Assembly: GCF_002113885.1 (NCBI RefSeq) | Contig: NW_018403513.1 | Location: forward strand, 706,883-770,882 | Length of the DNA: 64,000 bases | From: Mizuhopecten yessoensis | Taxonomy: Eukaryota | Reading direction: 5' to 3' | Shown: positions 62,384-64,000 of the stretch, one piece after another | Layout: each line of letters begins with the position of its first letter | How positions within the stretch are numbered: the stretch's first letter is position 1 | Notes under the pieces: generated by a model | The model's database searches: none | What the model saw: the letters and a program-made list of their open reading frames with translations, nothing else | What the model was told of the DNA's origin: nothing | Position numbers and translations under genes: made by a program

Positions 62384-63503
62384 ACCCCCCCCCCTTCTTT
62401 TTACTCCACTGTAACCAGTGGTGGTAACACATCTGTACACACAAAGATACATGTAGCACTATTTTCAAAATGGTGTGATAAGATAAAAAAAAATCCCACC
62501 TTGTAATTCATGTCAGGAATTACACAGTTGAACTGCTGTATCATGGTAATAGTGCTGTAGTGTTTTAGAACTATCTACTCCGCAGTAAATTTCTACTAAT
62601 ACATACATCTAAAAATACTCCTAACTGTATTCCATTTTTTTAGTTTTAGAGTTGTATTGATAACATTTTTCTCTTTATTTCATTCTAATCTGTTTGATTT
62701 TTCACCCTGCTTCCAATAGATTTTATTACAGGAGTTTGAAGTATTTCCATCAGATAGTTATGTTGATAAGTTCTAAATGATATATTTTTGCTAACTACAA
62801 TGTTTACGGAGTGGACGTTTTAAAACTTAATACCTTAGATTTTCTGTTTTTGCACTTTTCCTACAGGGTGTTGTGTTACTAGCCTTGTTCCATTGTGCAG
62901 TGTTAAGTTTTTGCAGTGAAAGTTACCGTAGAAGTTGCAGTAAAGTATATGATGCTTTTATTTTTAGTCACTATGCAGTTTGAAGTATGAATGAATCGTT
63001 GTATTTGTAAATCCAATGTTTTAGTTTTATTTCTGTATATAACCATGTATATATTTTGTGTAGGTGACCATTTCAATATCCCCTGAATGGTTTCTTGATA
63101 TTCAAGATTACTTATATCTGGAGAAAGTACTTTGTGGGTAAATTTATGGTAAACATCAAATGCGAATTTAAGTTTCATCAGAAGATTTATATTTATGTAA
63201 TATCAGACATGCAAGTGGAGGGAAATACACACTAATTATTGTCCTTGCAAAGAAATATGGAAAGGTAAGGTCACAGAATGGAGTATAACCCAAACATAAG
63301 TAATCTTTAGTATTTGGCTGTTTGTTATATCAATAATTTTATAAGGATGTGTAAGTTTATTAGTAAAGTCATATTGATTCTTACTACAATTTTTCGTTTT
63401 TTTGTTTTTTTAATCTGAATGATGAGTGTGAAGAAGTGAATATTTCCGAGAGAATTCTAGATGTTATTTGAGAGTGTTTGTGTAGAGTAGATGATTTCTA
63501 CAT

Positions 63504-63593
63504 TTAACCCTTTCAACCATTAGTAACTTTAGTTTTAGTCTCTACCATACAACTGGATGAGTCCATTATAGTCTACAGTGGTGAAAGGATTAA
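63504..63593 (+). mobile_element. MITE family B copy
   Basis: ttaaccctttcaacc...ggtgaaaggattaa with shared interior. Confidence 0.7.
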
Positions 63594-64000
63594 GTAGACC
63601 CATGTTTAGGGGATACATAACCCCAAACAGCTGTCAACATTTCTCACTTTTGTTTTCCAACAACGTAGTGTTTAGTGCATGTGTGTAACCAATTTTCATC
63701 ATTCAATATTAGAAGTGCTTCTTTTTTCATTACTGTAACACTGGTCTCGATCTCTTCAATCAGTGTTAGCATAATAATAGTATTGGTTGTTTATACAGTC
63801 TTAACGCAATTCGGTCTGGAAATTTAAGTGAAGAAAATGTGCTTGTAGAAATAGCAACTGTGACATCTTCAGATTCATTACAACATTGCTGTAACACTTT
63901 GTTGTGAAGGGAGATAACTCTTGTTTGACAGCCATTACATTCAAATACATCTGTAGGGTTTTAGATTTGATTGTAAACAAATTCACCGCAATGTATGCAA

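Noticed and set aside
61932-62468. ORFs spanning X runs
   Set aside because: Artefacts of the N gap

Overview
Eukaryotic, AT-rich, repeat-rich animal DNA. The repeat families (Helentron/HINE with ~160-bp internal repeats, V- and CORE-type SINEs, AcademH-like, Tc1, hAT) suggest a bivalve mollusc; this is inference. The window is dominated by one + strand gene, a GH20 beta-hexosaminidase (HEXA/HEXB family). I assembled it by hand from 14 coding exons (2982..55987). All introns are GT-AG, phases match throughout, and the CDS is 3189 nt (1062 aa). The protein is about twice the size of a normal lysosomal Hex subunit. It has a signal peptide, a ~330-aa basic/Asn/Gln-rich low-complexity stem, intact GH20b + GH20 domains, a Cys-containing C-terminal linker and an extra terminal exon encoding two predicted transmembrane helices. 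It therefore looks like a C-terminally membrane-tethered hexosaminidase. Its splice/translation context is also unusual: an AG|GTATGT recursive-type acceptor plus two uORFs at the start exon, a triplicated acceptor at exon 5, and a ~2.6-kb intronic array of ACTAAY motifs. The introns hold minisatellites, MITEs, a non-autonomous AcademH-like element with a RecQ-helicase remnant, decayed Tc1 and hAT transposons, HINEs and SINEs. Most ORF-track entries are repeat artefacts.
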